Shown piece by piece: positions 39,374 through 48,758 of a stretch of DNA of 64,000 bases. Source of the stretch: Oscillospiraceae bacterium. Lineage in GTDB: Bacteria; Bacillota; Clostridia; Oscillospirales; Ruminococcaceae. The position numbers and the translations under genes are program-made. A model generated the notes under the pieces. That model was given only the letters and a program-made list of their open reading frames with translations, made no database searches and was not told where the DNA came from. Positions within the stretch are counted from its first letter, which is position 1. Each line of letters starts with the position of its first letter. Location: positions 8,650 through 72,649 of the forward strand of contig CAAGBS010000024.1 of NCBI GenBank assembly GCA_900768125.1, read 5' to 3'.

Positions 39374-40546
39374 TTATTTAAGATCGAAGGTCTGACCGCA
39401 TATGGTCACGGAATCAATATCCGCAGGGTCTATGGGCTGCGTAAAAATCCCATATTCGACCTGACCGTCGGAGTTGGTCCAGCAGCAGCCATAACCCGGA
39501 GCCACTGAAACAGTTTTTCCTCCAACGTTGAACGACATATCAAAGCAGTAGCTGTCACCCTTGGTGAACTCCGAAGTGTCCACCTCAATGGAAACGCGGT
39601 ATCCCAGCGGAGTTGCGCTGAAACAGGTCACTGTACCGAAGATATTCTCACCGTAGAAGTTTTTATTGCTCTCATTTGCGGAAAGGTCTACCGGCTTGTT
39701 TATCTCCCATTTGGTAGTTTCAAATATCGGGAAATCTATCGGTATCTCAACATGAAGCCCGCCATCTCCGAAATCAAGAGATTCCTTGTCATAATACGGC
39801 ACTTCCTCTTTCTCGGAAGTCGTGGGGATATACCTTGCTATAGATTCGAAATCCAGCGTGAGCGTCTTACCGTCCATTGTATATTCATTTGACAGCATCG
39901 GCATAACATAGCAGTGCAGGATATTGTCCTCGCGGGAGATAACGCCTTCGCCGCATGTGGTCACCATACCTATATCCGGCTGTTCATCTAACGCTTCGTC
40001 AACGGCGTTGGCAAGTGTGCAGGTCTCCCACTCAGTCCAGCCGTCTTTCGGCAGATAGTCGAAATCCTCGTTGAACACAATGTCAAACAGCACATACGCC
40101 GTCATATCGTCCGCGCATATTCCCTTGATGTTCAGCTTGAAATCATCAAAGGTATACCACATGTCAAGCTCCTTGCCGCCGGAGAGGAAGTCAAACTCCC
40201 CGGACTGCGCAACCGCCTGCTCTGCGCCTGCGGCAGCCTGCACGGTCTCCGCTTCAGCTGTGGAGTGGTGCTTTCCGTCATACCGGCTGACTATCGCCTG
40301 ATTCGCCTGATTGAATGCGCTGTTGAAACTCCAGCCGGTAGCCGCTCCAACGCTGACTGTCGCCGCAGCAAGCACCGCCGCTGCCGCGATCATCGTTACC
40401 GCCGCCCGATTAAGGCGCGGCTTTCTTTCATCGCTGTTCTTATCCATATTTTCCGCCCTTTCAATAACGTTTTTCACAATTGTTCCGTTGTCTGTCGGGG
40501 GAGTTATCTCAGAGAAGCTTTCCCTGAGCTTTTCTTCAATACTCAT
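39374..40546 (-). CDS. Putative anti-sigma factor (DUF4179-like)
   Basis: Overlaps the ECF sigma; single Ala-rich TM; C-terminal FTQPIDPADIDSVTICG. Confidence 0.7.
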   Translation of the reverse strand: MSIEEKLRESFSEITPPTDNGTIVKNVIERAENMDKNSDERKPRLNRAAVTMIAAAAVLAAATVSVGAATGWSFNSAFNQANQAIVSRYDGKHHSTAEAETVQAAAGAEQAVAQSGEFDFLSGGKELDMWYTFDDFKLNIKGICADDMTAYVLFDIVFNEDFDYLPKDGWTEWETCTLANAVDEALDEQPDIGMVTTCGEGVISREDNILHCYVMPMLSNEYTMDGKTLTLDFESIARYIPTTSEKEEVPYYDKESLDFGDGGLHVEIPIDFPIFETTKWEINKPVDLSANESNKNFYGENIFGTVTCFSATPLGYRVSIEVDTSEFTKGDSYCFDMSFNVGGKTVSVAPGYGCCWTNSDGQVEYGIFTQPIDPADIDSVTICGQTFDLK

Positions 40547-41024
40547 CGTAGCCCTCCTTTTCCAGAAGCTGCTTCAACTTCTGCCGTGCCCTGGCTAGTC
40601 TTGTGGTGACCGCCGTGGGCTTCTCGCCGAGTATCCCGGCTATCTGCTTCACGGGCATGTCCTCATAGTAGAACATATACAGCACCACGCGGTAGTCCGG
40701 TTTCAGCTTCATCACCAGCGGCAGAATGCTGTCGCGGCGCTCATACTCCGCCGGAAGCTCCCCGGCTTCGTCCAGCGGCACTGTAGTCCTGTATCTGAAC
40801 GAACGGAGCAGATTCCTGCAGCGGTTCACCGCTACGCGTATCAGCCACGCCTTGATATGCTCGTCGCTGCTGAACTCAGTCCCCGACGTGTAAAGCGCCA
40901 GGAATGCTTCCTGGGTCATATCGTCGGCGTCCGCTGAATTATGCAGACAGCAGTATGCCGCCCTGTACACCGTGCCGCTGAATTTCTCCACCAGCCGGGT
41001 CAGTTCCTGTTCGTTCATCGTCAC
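40536..41024 (-). CDS. ECF RNA polymerase sigma factor
   Basis: DADDMTQEAF, KAWLIRVAVNRCRN, VTTRLARARQKLK. Confidence 0.93.
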   Translation of the reverse strand: MTMNEQELTRLVEKFSGTVYRAAYCCLHNSADADDMTQEAFLALYTSGTEFSSDEHIKAWLIRVAVNRCRNLLRSFRYRTTVPLDEAGELPAEYERRDSILPLVMKLKPDYRVVLYMFYYEDMPVKQIAGILGEKPTAVTTRLARARQKLKQLLEKEGYDEY

Positions 41025-41162
41025 TCCTCCGTCTTGAAAGGCCTTTCATATATAATACACCCGGGCGGCTGGTTTTGTCACGTTTTCCGGAAAAAAACTG
41101 CCGCCGACCGTCCCGCTGCAAAAATGCATAATGGGACGTATCGGCAGCACATAGCGGCTGTT

Positions 41163-41411
41163 TCAGTGAACGCTCTGTTTACATCGGGAACTAATCGCAT
41201 AGAATCTCAGCCCGTCTCCGGAAAAACTCAGGTCAAGCCCCTTTTCGGAGAAGTAATCCTCCAGAAAGCTGCGAAGCTCCGCGGTGTTTGATGTGATGGA
41301 AAAATTCTGCCCGCCGCAGGAGCCGTGGTAGTGCAGTTCAACGTCAAACTGCTCCGCGACCTGCTTTTTCAGCCGGGACATTTCGGTAAGATTTATCGTT
41401 CTTGTAGCCAT
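41163..41411 (-). CDS. Small protein with HxxCGGQ motif (RDAC-family-like)
   Basis: LHYHGSCGGQNF; RBS GGAGG; 9 nt after the HD gene. Confidence 0.65.
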   Translation of the reverse strand: MATRTINLTEMSRLKKQVAEQFDVELHYHGSCGGQNFSITSNTAELRSFLEDYFSEKGLDLSFSGDGLRFYAISSRCKQSVH

Positions 41412-41420
41412 ATTACCTCC

Positions 41421-41996
41421 TTATACAAATTTGTTATATTCGTCCTCGCAGCTTCTCATTGCAAGTATCGTGTCGGATATCAGTTCGTCAAGGGACACAC
41501 CCATCAGTTCCGCGCCGCGCTCTATCACCTCGCGGGAGCAGCCCGCCGCAAAATTCGGGGACTTGTATTTCTTCTTCACCGATTTCAGTTCCATATCCTG
41601 CACCGACTTTGACGGTCTCATCAGCGCAGCCGCTCCGATAAGTCCGGTGAGTTCGTCCACAGCGTACAGCACCTTTTCCATCTGGTGCTCCGGCCGGATA
41701 TCCACAGTGAGCTTCCAGCCGTGGCTTGCAGTCGCGTGGATCATCCGCTCGTCAACGCCGCGTCCGCGCATTATTTCCTGCTCCTTTATGCAGTGCTGCT
41801 CCGGGTACATCTCAAAATCGAGGTCGTGGAGAAGCCCCACTATCCCCCAGAAGTCAGCCTCGTCGGAATAACCCAGCTTGTCCGCATACCAGCGCATTAC
41901 GCCCTCCACAGTCACGGCGTGCTTCAGATGGAACGTATCCTTGTTGTATTCGTTGAGAAGCGCCCAGGCTTCATCTCGCGTCATTGCAGCTCCCAT
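41421..41996 (-). CDS. HD-domain (HDIG-like) hydrolase
   Basis: KHAVTVE, GLLHDLD, ASHG, AVDELTG. Confidence 0.88.
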   Translation of the reverse strand: MGAAMTRDEAWALLNEYNKDTFHLKHAVTVEGVMRWYADKLGYSDEADFWGIVGLLHDLDFEMYPEQHCIKEQEIMRGRGVDERMIHATASHGWKLTVDIRPEHQMEKVLYAVDELTGLIGAAALMRPSKSVQDMELKSVKKKYKSPNFAAGCSREVIERGAELMGVSLDELISDTILAMRSCEDEYNKFV

Positions 41997-42024
41997 TAGA
42001 TTTCTCCTTTCTATCCAGACAAAA

Positions 42025-42168
42025 CCTATAGATTCTATATGATATGATACAACATCATGCTTGATTTGTCAATAGCTTTTGTAAAAAATTCCGGATTTCA
42101 TCATTTCATATAAAAACAGCGTTGACAAAAGCGGGTCATTATGCTATAATACATATTGAATTAGTAGG
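42025..42168. promoter_or_regulatory. Divergent SigA promoters, each followed by a CMTAT-N7-RTAKG box
   Basis: Minus TTGACA-17-TATCAT (42072-42044) with box 42025-42041; plus TTGACA-17-TATAAT (42122-42150) with box 42152-42168. Confidence 0.75.
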
Positions 42169-42202
42169 CAAATATCATACACATAAAGAGTGGGGACGGG
42201 AA

Positions 42203-43321
42203 ATGGAACAGCTTACATGCGTGAGCATTAATTATAAGAAGTGCGGGGAATCGGCGCGCGGCAGGTTCGCATTCGGCGAGGAGACCCGAAGCGGCTTCGT
42301 GCAGGCGCACGGCGAAATAAGCCCGGTGCTGCTGTGCACCTGCAGCCGTACCGAACTGTACGCCCTTTGCGGAGTAAACGACGGGCTGAAACTGCTGGCA
42401 GAACTTTCCGGGGTCAGCGCTGCGGAGGTCGAGGGCTGTGCCATGCTGTACAGTGGGGAGGGCGCGGTGCGGCACCTGTTCCGCGTAGCGTGCGGCGTGG
42501 ATTCAATGGTGGTCGGCGAGGACGAGATACTCGGTCAGCTGCGGACTGCATATGCATTCTCGGCAGAGCGCGTTCAGCTTTCTCACCATGTCAACATGAT
42601 ATTCCAGAGCGCAGTCGCCACGGCGAAGCGCATAAAGACCGAGACCGCCATCTCGAAGACTTCCGTTTCCCACGCTACCCTTGCCGCAAAGCTGGCGGCA
42701 CATTCCGCGCCGGAGGTCAGCGTGCTGCTGATAGGCGCAAGCGGAAAGACCGGCACCAGCCTGCTGAAAAACCTGCTTTCCTATAAGAACGTGACCGTCA
42801 GGGCTACCATGCGCTCCCACAGCGGACAGACGATGCTCCTGCCCGAAAGCCCGGCGCTGACCATAGTTCCCTACGAGCGGCGCTACAGCTGCATACCGGA
42901 GTGCAGCTGCGTTATCTCCGCGACCTCCAGCCCGCACACGGTGCTCACCGCCGAAAAACTACGTGACTGCTGCGCCGGAGAAAAGCTGCTGATAGACCTC
43001 GCCGTCCCCCGTGACATCGACCCGGAGGCGGCTGAAATCCCCGGCGTTACGCTGTGCAGCGTAGACTATTTCAGCGGTCTCGCCGAAGACAACAACCTCC
43101 GCAAGCAGGACAGCGTTGAACAGGCGAAGCAGATGATAGAGGAAGACATAGGCGAACTCCGCAAGTCGCTTGTCCTGCACGAAAAACTGCCGCAGATCCG
43201 CCATAGCGAAGCGCTTTCCGACCTCACCGCCGAGGAGCTTTTATTCAGGCTGAAAAAGAAGCTTTCAGCGGAAGCGTTCGGCGAAGTTGTGGATTCGATA
43301 CTGAACATTGCAAAGGAGTGA
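42203..43321 (+). CDS. hemA: Glutamyl-tRNA reductase
   Basis: CTCSRTELY, HLFRVACGVDSMVVGEDEILGQ, ISATSSPH, IDLAVPRDID. Confidence 0.93.
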   Translation: MEQLTCVSINYKKCGESARGRFAFGEETRSGFVQAHGEISPVLLCTCSRTELYALCGVNDGLKLLAELSGVSAAEVEGCAMLYSGEGAVRHLFRVACGVDSMVVGEDEILGQLRTAYAFSAERVQLSHHVNMIFQSAVATAKRIKTETAISKTSVSHATLAAKLAAHSAPEVSVLLIGASGKTGTSLLKNLLSYKNVTVRATMRSHSGQTMLLPESPALTIVPYERRYSCIPECSCVISATSSPHTVLTAEKLRDCCAGEKLLIDLAVPRDIDPEAAEIPGVTLCSVDYFSGLAEDNNLRKQDSVEQAKQMIEEDIGELRKSLVLHEKLPQIRHSEALSDLTAEELLFRLKKKLSAEAFGEVVDSILNIAKE

Positions 43322-43325
43322 AGCT

Positions 43326-43946
43326 GTGCCGTACTTTCCGTTTTTCATCGACATCTCGGGTAAGCGATGTCTTATCGCGGGCGGCGGCAGGATAGCCCTC
43401 CACAAGATAAAAAAGCTGCTCCCGTTTTCGCCGGAGATACATGTAGTTTCGCCCGAAATATGCGGCGAAATATCCGGTATCCCGGGACTGCATATCGAGC
43501 CGCGCGGATTCCTCCCCCGCGACCTTGACGGCGCGTTTTTCGTAATAGCCGCCACCGACCGTCCGGAAATAAACTCCGAGATTTCCCGGCTGTGCCGCGA
43601 ACGGAATATCCTCTGCAACGCCGTAGACAGCCCCGCAGACTGCTCGTTTTACTTCCCGGCGCTTGCCCAGCGCGGGGACGTCACAGTCGGAGTCTCCACC
43701 TCAGGGAAAAGCCCGCTCATAGCCGCCGAAATACGCCGGAAAGCCGAGAAACTCCTCACCCCGGAACTTGTGGAGATATGCGCGCTGATGGGCGAAATAC
43801 GTCCGGCGGTGCGGGAGCGGTTCCCGCTGGAAAAACAGCGCGCCGAAGTAATGTCCGCCGCACTGAAATACTGCTTGTCGCGCGGCGAAGCGCCCGGCTA
43901 TGCGGAACTTCTCAATTTCATCAACGGACTGGAGCTGAAAATATGA
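43326..43946 (+). CDS. Precorrin-2 dehydrogenase / sirohydrochlorin ferrochelatase (CysG N-terminal/SirC type)
   Basis: YFPFFID, AGGGRIA, VIAATD, NAVD, VSTSGKSP; GTG start after AAGGAG. Confidence 0.88.
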   Translation: MPYFPFFIDISGKRCLIAGGGRIALHKIKKLLPFSPEIHVVSPEICGEISGIPGLHIEPRGFLPRDLDGAFFVIAATDRPEINSEISRLCRERNILCNAVDSPADCSFYFPALAQRGDVTVGVSTSGKSPLIAAEIRRKAEKLLTPELVEICALMGEIRPAVRERFPLEKQRAEVMSAALKYCLSRGEAPGYAELLNFINGLELKI

Positions 43947-44803
43947 CCCTGAGAATAGGCACCCGCCAGAGCAGACTTGCGCTGGCGCAGACTGAAATGT
44001 TCGCGAATGCGCTCCGCGAAAAGCACCCGGAAATCCGCGTTGAAGTGGCGAGATTCACCACCAAGGGCGACAGGATAATCGACCGCCCGCTCGATAAAAT
44101 AGGCGGCAAGGGCGTTTTCGTCGAGGAGATAGAGCACGCCCTGAAAAGCGGCGAAATCGACATAGCAGTCCACAGCGCGAAGGACCTGCCGGTGCAGCTC
44201 GGCGCCGGTCTGGAGATTTCCGGAGTGCTCCCGCGCGGGGACTACCGCGACATGCTCGTCATGAGGAAAAATAACGAGTACTCCCCCGCCGACCGTTTCA
44301 CCGCCGGTACTGGCAGCCTGCGCCGCCGCATGAATCTCGCGAAGCTGTACCCTAATGCGGAATTTGCCGATATCCGCGGCAACGTGGACACCCGCCTGCG
44401 CAAGCTGTCGGACGGCGAATATGACGCGATAGTGCTCGCCGCCGCCGGAGTTGAGCGGCTGGATATAGACATGAGCAGCTTCACCGTGCGGAAATTCAGC
44501 TATGATGAGTTCCTGCCCGCGCCATGTCAGGCTATCATTGCTGCTGAGTGCGCCGCCGGAAGCGCCGCAGCCGATATCGTCCGAAGCGTTTCCGACGCTG
44601 ATACCATGCGGTGCTTCGAGGCGGAGCGCGGCGTTATCGAAGCCCTCGGCGCTGACTGCACCGTTCCGGTCGGGGCGTACAGCGAAATAATAGGCGGCGT
44701 TATGCGCCTTACGCTGTCAGACAAAACCGGAAAAAACGCGCACGGCGAATGCTCCCCGAAGAACTCCGCCGCGCTGATAAAGGAGCTGATATCAACTCTA
44801 TGA
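43943..44803 (+). CDS. hemC: Hydroxymethylbilane synthase
   Basis: IGTRQSRLALAQT, GGKGVF, AVHSAKDLP, RGNVDTRL. Confidence 0.95.
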   Translation: MTLRIGTRQSRLALAQTEMFANALREKHPEIRVEVARFTTKGDRIIDRPLDKIGGKGVFVEEIEHALKSGEIDIAVHSAKDLPVQLGAGLEISGVLPRGDYRDMLVMRKNNEYSPADRFTAGTGSLRRRMNLAKLYPNAEFADIRGNVDTRLRKLSDGEYDAIVLAAAGVERLDIDMSSFTVRKFSYDEFLPAPCQAIIAAECAAGSAAADIVRSVSDADTMRCFEAERGVIEALGADCTVPVGAYSEIIGGVMRLTLSDKTGKNAHGECSPKNSAALIKELISTL

Positions 44804-46272
44804 CAGGAAAGGTCATACTTACGGGCGCGGGCTGCGGCAGCTTCGACCTGATAACACTGCGCGGTCTGGAAGCGCTCAGGAACTGCGATACGGTCATTTA
44901 CGACAGCCTTGTCGATCCCCGGCTTCTTGATTTCGCGCCGGACGCCGAGAAAATATGCGTAGGAAAGCGCGCCGGGCAGCACTCCGCAAAGCAGGAGGAA
45001 ATAAACTCCCTGCTCGTTGAAAAAGCGCTCGCCGGACGGAACGTAGTCAGGCTAAAGGGCGGCGACCCGTTCGTTTTCGGGCGCGGCGGCGAAGAAATAC
45101 TGGAACTTCAGAAGCACGGAATACCGTTCGCTCTGATACCCGGCGTGACTTCCTCGGTGGCAGTCCCGGAACTTGCCGGGATACCGGTAACACATCGGAA
45201 ATGCGCGCGCAGCTTCCACGTTATAACCGGGCACACCGCCGACAGCTGCACCCCGGAAAACCTCGCGCAGTACGCTAAATTAACGGGCACGCTGGTGTTC
45301 CTGATGGGTCTTAATTCCCTGCCTGACATTGCGGGCGGGCTTATCGGCGGTGGAATGCCCTCCGATACCCCGGCGGCGGTGATATCCAACGGTGCAACGC
45401 GGCTTCAGCGCACTGTGCGCGGCACTGTTTCGGATATTGCGGATAAAGTCCGGGAAGCGGAGATACCCGCCCCGGCTGTCATCGTCATCGGCGAAACGGC
45501 TGGATTTGATTTTTCAGCGACCTGCCGCCCGCCGCTCGCCGGAAACAACATCGCGGTGATCTCCTCAGGCGAGACTGCAAAGCGGCTCTGCGAAATGCTT
45601 CACGCGCTCGGGGCGTATGCGTTCCGCTCAGGCGGGGTGGATATCGCGGAGTTATACGGCGACCCCATCGACCGGGCGTTTTCAGCGCTCGCGGACTACA
45701 CCCACATCGCGCTGACAAGCCCCAACGGTGCAAGGATATTCCTCAAAAAGCTGCGCGAAAAGCGCGTTGATGTACGCAGTCTCAGCGCCGTGAAATTCGC
45801 GGTCATCGGCAAAGGCACCGCCGCCGTGCTGGAAGACCACGGAGTATTCCCGGAGCTTATGCCGGAGGATTACAGCACGGAAGCGCTCGGAAAGCTTCTC
45901 GCACAGCTGCTCGGATATGATTCCAGGCTGCTGATACTGCGCTCGGAGGAAGGTTCCCCGGAGCTGAATAAGATCCTTGACGGCAGCGGCGTGAATTACG
46001 ACGACGTAAAGATATACCGTCCCATATACCGCCCGGCAAACGCGCTGGACTGCGACTTAGCGGCGTTCACCAGCGCCGGGGCTGTGCGGGGATTCTTCGC
46101 GAATGGCGGAAGCATTCCCGCCGGTGCGATACCCGCGGCTATCGGGAAAGTCACCGCCGCGGAACTTGCAAAACACGGCTTCACGGACTGCGTGATACCG
46201 CACGAAAGCACCGTTGACGGCATTGTACAAAGTATTTTGGAGGCAGTGAAATGCAGAGATTCAGAAGATTAA
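44800..46272 (+). CDS. cobA: Uroporphyrinogen-III C-methyltransferase / synthase fusion (CobA-HemD)
   Basis: GAGCG, RLKGGDPFVFGRGGEE, PGVTS; HemD part LTSPNG, FTSAGAV. Confidence 0.9.
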   Translation: MTGKVILTGAGCGSFDLITLRGLEALRNCDTVIYDSLVDPRLLDFAPDAEKICVGKRAGQHSAKQEEINSLLVEKALAGRNVVRLKGGDPFVFGRGGEEILELQKHGIPFALIPGVTSSVAVPELAGIPVTHRKCARSFHVITGHTADSCTPENLAQYAKLTGTLVFLMGLNSLPDIAGGLIGGGMPSDTPAAVISNGATRLQRTVRGTVSDIADKVREAEIPAPAVIVIGETAGFDFSATCRPPLAGNNIAVISSGETAKRLCEMLHALGAYAFRSGGVDIAELYGDPIDRAFSALADYTHIALTSPNGARIFLKKLREKRVDVRSLSAVKFAVIGKGTAAVLEDHGVFPELMPEDYSTEALGKLLAQLLGYDSRLLILRSEEGSPELNKILDGSGVNYDDVKIYRPIYRPANALDCDLAAFTSAGAVRGFFANGGSIPAGAIPAAIGKVTAAELAKHGFTDCVIPHESTVDGIVQSILEAVKCRDSED

Positions 46273-47222
46273 GATCCAGCGAAGCAATGCGGAGAATGGT
46301 CCGCGAGACCCGACTCGACCCGGCGGACTTCATCTACCCGATATTCGTTGCGGAGGGCGAAAACATAAAGAAGCCGGTGGACTCCATGCCTACAGTTTAC
46401 CAGTACTCCATCGACAGGCTGGAGGAGATTCTCCCGCAGATAGCCGGAAGCGGGATTTCCGGGCTGCTTATCTTCGGCATTCCCGCCCGCAAGGACGCCC
46501 GCGCCACCGAAGCCTACAACGACGAGGGAATTACACAGCGCGCTATACGCTACATCAAGGAGCATTATCCCGACCTCATTATCATTGCGGACGTATGCCT
46601 GTGCGAATACACCGACCACGGACACTGCGGACTTATCTGCGGCTGTAAAATACTGAATGACGAGACTCTCCCGCTGCTGAGCGCGATGGCGGTCAGCCTT
46701 GCGAAAGCCGGCGCGGATATAATAGCGCCCTCCGACATGATGGACGGCAGAGTAGCCGCTATACGCGAAGCGCTCGATGAAAACGGCTGCAAGGACGTTC
46801 CGATAATGTCCTACAGCGCGAAATTCGCTTCGGGGTACTATTCCCCGTTCAGGGACGCGGCGCAGTCCGCCCCCAGCTTCGGCGACCGAAAGACCTACCA
46901 GATGGACCCCGCCAACGGCAGGGAGGCTCTCCGCGAGATAGCGGACGATATCTCCGAGGGAGCGGATATGGTAATGGTGAAGCCCGCCCTTGCCTACCTG
47001 GACGTGCTCAAAGCCGCACGGGAGCGCTTCGACCTGCCGATAGCGGCATACAACGTCAGCGGTGAATTTTCCATGGTGAAAGCCGCCGCTCAGCTCGGGT
47101 GGATAGACGAGCGCCGGATAGTGCTGGAAAATCTGACTGCGATAAAACGCGCGGGAGCGGATATCATAATAACCTATCACGCGCTTGACGCCGCAGAATG
47201 GCTGAAGGAGGAACAGAGATGA
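46251..47222 (+). CDS. hemB: Porphobilinogen synthase
   Basis: DVCLCEYTDHGHCG, APSDMMDGR, MVKPA, AYNVSGE. Confidence 0.97.
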   Translation: MQRFRRLRSSEAMRRMVRETRLDPADFIYPIFVAEGENIKKPVDSMPTVYQYSIDRLEEILPQIAGSGISGLLIFGIPARKDARATEAYNDEGITQRAIRYIKEHYPDLIIIADVCLCEYTDHGHCGLICGCKILNDETLPLLSAMAVSLAKAGADIIAPSDMMDGRVAAIREALDENGCKDVPIMSYSAKFASGYYSPFRDAAQSAPSFGDRKTYQMDPANGREALREIADDISEGADMVMVKPALAYLDVLKAARERFDLPIAAYNVSGEFSMVKAAAQLGWIDERRIVLENLTAIKRAGADIIITYHALDAAEWLKEEQR

Positions 47223-48475
47223 ACACCGCAAATTCCGAGAAGCTGTACGAAAAAGCCTGCAATTTCATGCCGGGAGGAGTAAACAGCCCGGTGCGCGCCT
47301 GCCGCTCGGTGGGAGTTTCCCCGCTGTTTATAAAGCATGCGAAAGGGTCTAAGATCTACGATGAGGACGGCAATGAACTTATCGACTACATCTGCTCCTG
47401 GGGGCCGAATATCTTCGGACATGCAGTCCCGCAGATAACCGAAGCGGTAAAATCTGCGTGCGACAGCGGGCTTACATTCGGAGCCTGCCACAAGGGCGAA
47501 ATAGAACTCGCGGAGCTTATCAAAAAGCACTTTCCGACAATGGAACTGCTTCGGCTGGTGAACTCCGGCACCGAAGCGGTGATGAGCGCCATCAGAGCCG
47601 CCCGGGGATTCACCGGGCGCGACAAGATAATCAAGTTCGAGGGCTGCTATCACGGGCACTCAGACGGACTGCTCGCAAAGGCGGGCTCGGGATTGATGAC
47701 GCACTCTATCCCCTCCGGCGCGGGAGTTCCGGCGGGCTGCACCGCTGACACGCTGCTTGCGCGGTATAACGATGAAGGCTCGGTGGAAAGGCTTTTCGCG
47801 GAGTTCGGCGATAAAATAGGCGCGCTCATTGTGGAGCCGTGCGCTGCGAATATGGGCGTAGTTCCCCCGAAGTCGGGATTCCTGCAGTTCCTGAGGGATA
47901 TCACAAAGAAGCACGGCGCGCTGCTGATATTCGACGAAGTCATAACCGGATTCCGGCTGTCGGACGGCGGCGCTCAGAAATACTACGGCGTTGACCCCGA
48001 CCTCACCACCCTCGGAAAGATAGTCGGCGGCGGAATGCCGCTTGCAGTCTACGGCGGAAAGCGCGAAATAATGGAATGCGTAGCGCCGCTGGGTTCAGTC
48101 TATCAGGCGGGTACGCTGTCGGGAAATCCCTGCGCGGTTGCGGCGGGTATCGCGCAATTGAAGCTGATAGAAAGCACTCCCGACCTATACCAGCGCATTG
48201 ACAGCAGCGCGGAAAAGCTGCACTCCGCAATGCTTGAAGCGGGGCTGAACGCAAACCGCTGCGGCTCGCTGCTGACTGTATTCTTCACCGACATGCAGGT
48301 CACGGATTACGACACCGCGCGCGCCTGCGACACCGGAAGATTCGCGAAATACTGGCGGCATATGCTGAACTGCGGAATATATGCGGCGCCGTCCCAGTTC
48401 GAGGCTATGTTCGTATCCTACGCGCATTCCGACGAAGATATTGCGCGGACTGTTCAGGCGATAAAAACGCTGTGA
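47219..48475 (+). CDS. hemL: Glutamate-1-semialdehyde 2,1-aminomutase
   Basis: PGGVNSPVRA, NSGTEA, GCYHGH, GKIVGGG, QAGTLSGNP. Confidence 0.97.
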   Translation: MNTANSEKLYEKACNFMPGGVNSPVRACRSVGVSPLFIKHAKGSKIYDEDGNELIDYICSWGPNIFGHAVPQITEAVKSACDSGLTFGACHKGEIELAELIKKHFPTMELLRLVNSGTEAVMSAIRAARGFTGRDKIIKFEGCYHGHSDGLLAKAGSGLMTHSIPSGAGVPAGCTADTLLARYNDEGSVERLFAEFGDKIGALIVEPCAANMGVVPPKSGFLQFLRDITKKHGALLIFDEVITGFRLSDGGAQKYYGVDPDLTTLGKIVGGGMPLAVYGGKREIMECVAPLGSVYQAGTLSGNPCAVAAGIAQLKLIESTPDLYQRIDSSAEKLHSAMLEAGLNANRCGSLLTVFFTDMQVTDYDTARACDTGRFAKYWRHMLNCGIYAAPSQFEAMFVSYAHSDEDIARTVQAIKTL

Positions 48476-48482
48476 TAAAAAC

Positions 48483-48714
48483 GTGGGGGAGGGGCAATCA
48501 GGACGTTTGCCCGGACCGCCCAAAAGCTTGTCTCCCCCGGTGGGGGAGAGTGTCAAAGCGACGGCTTCGCCTTACGCACGAAGTTCCAGAGGGGCTAGTT
48601 TGGCGCAAAACCAAATTTAATGGTTAACAATGAATCTTCGTGTTGCGCCAAACTAACGAAAGAACGCATGGACGCGCCGCAGCATAGGGCGGGAGGGGCA
48701 AGCCCCTCCCCTAC
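48483..48714. repeat. Composite REP/REPIN-like region
   Basis: GTAG-GGGAGGGGCTTGCCCCTCCC on the minus strand (48714-48691); TGTCTCCCCCGGTGGGGGAG shared with 8106-8125; IR 48596-48608 / 48643-48655. Confidence 0.7.
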
Positions 48715-48720
48715 ATAATG

Positions 48721-48758
48721 AAAAACTCCGGTCATTTGTCGTGACCGGAGTTTGTTTT
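48721..48758. terminator. Bidirectional terminator
   Basis: AAACTCCGGTCA...TGACCGGAGTTT. Confidence 0.75.

Noticed and set aside
35978..41100. Integrated prophage or ICE at tRNA-Arg
   Set aside because: No integrase, no duplicated tRNA-Arg 3' end and no phage or conjugation genes in the window.
42122..42202. Longer upstream starts in the ORF track (hemA 42122, metY-like 54923, ilvB 59217, NUDIX 13586, hemC 43592, trx 57121)
   Set aside because: They run through promoters or upstream genes, or lack an RBS; downstream starts have an RBS or translational coupling.
42203..48475. hem operon as cobalamin or protoheme pathway
   Set aside because: No cbi/cob or hemE/hemN genes in the window; the gene set ends at siroheme and shares the sulfur-region box.
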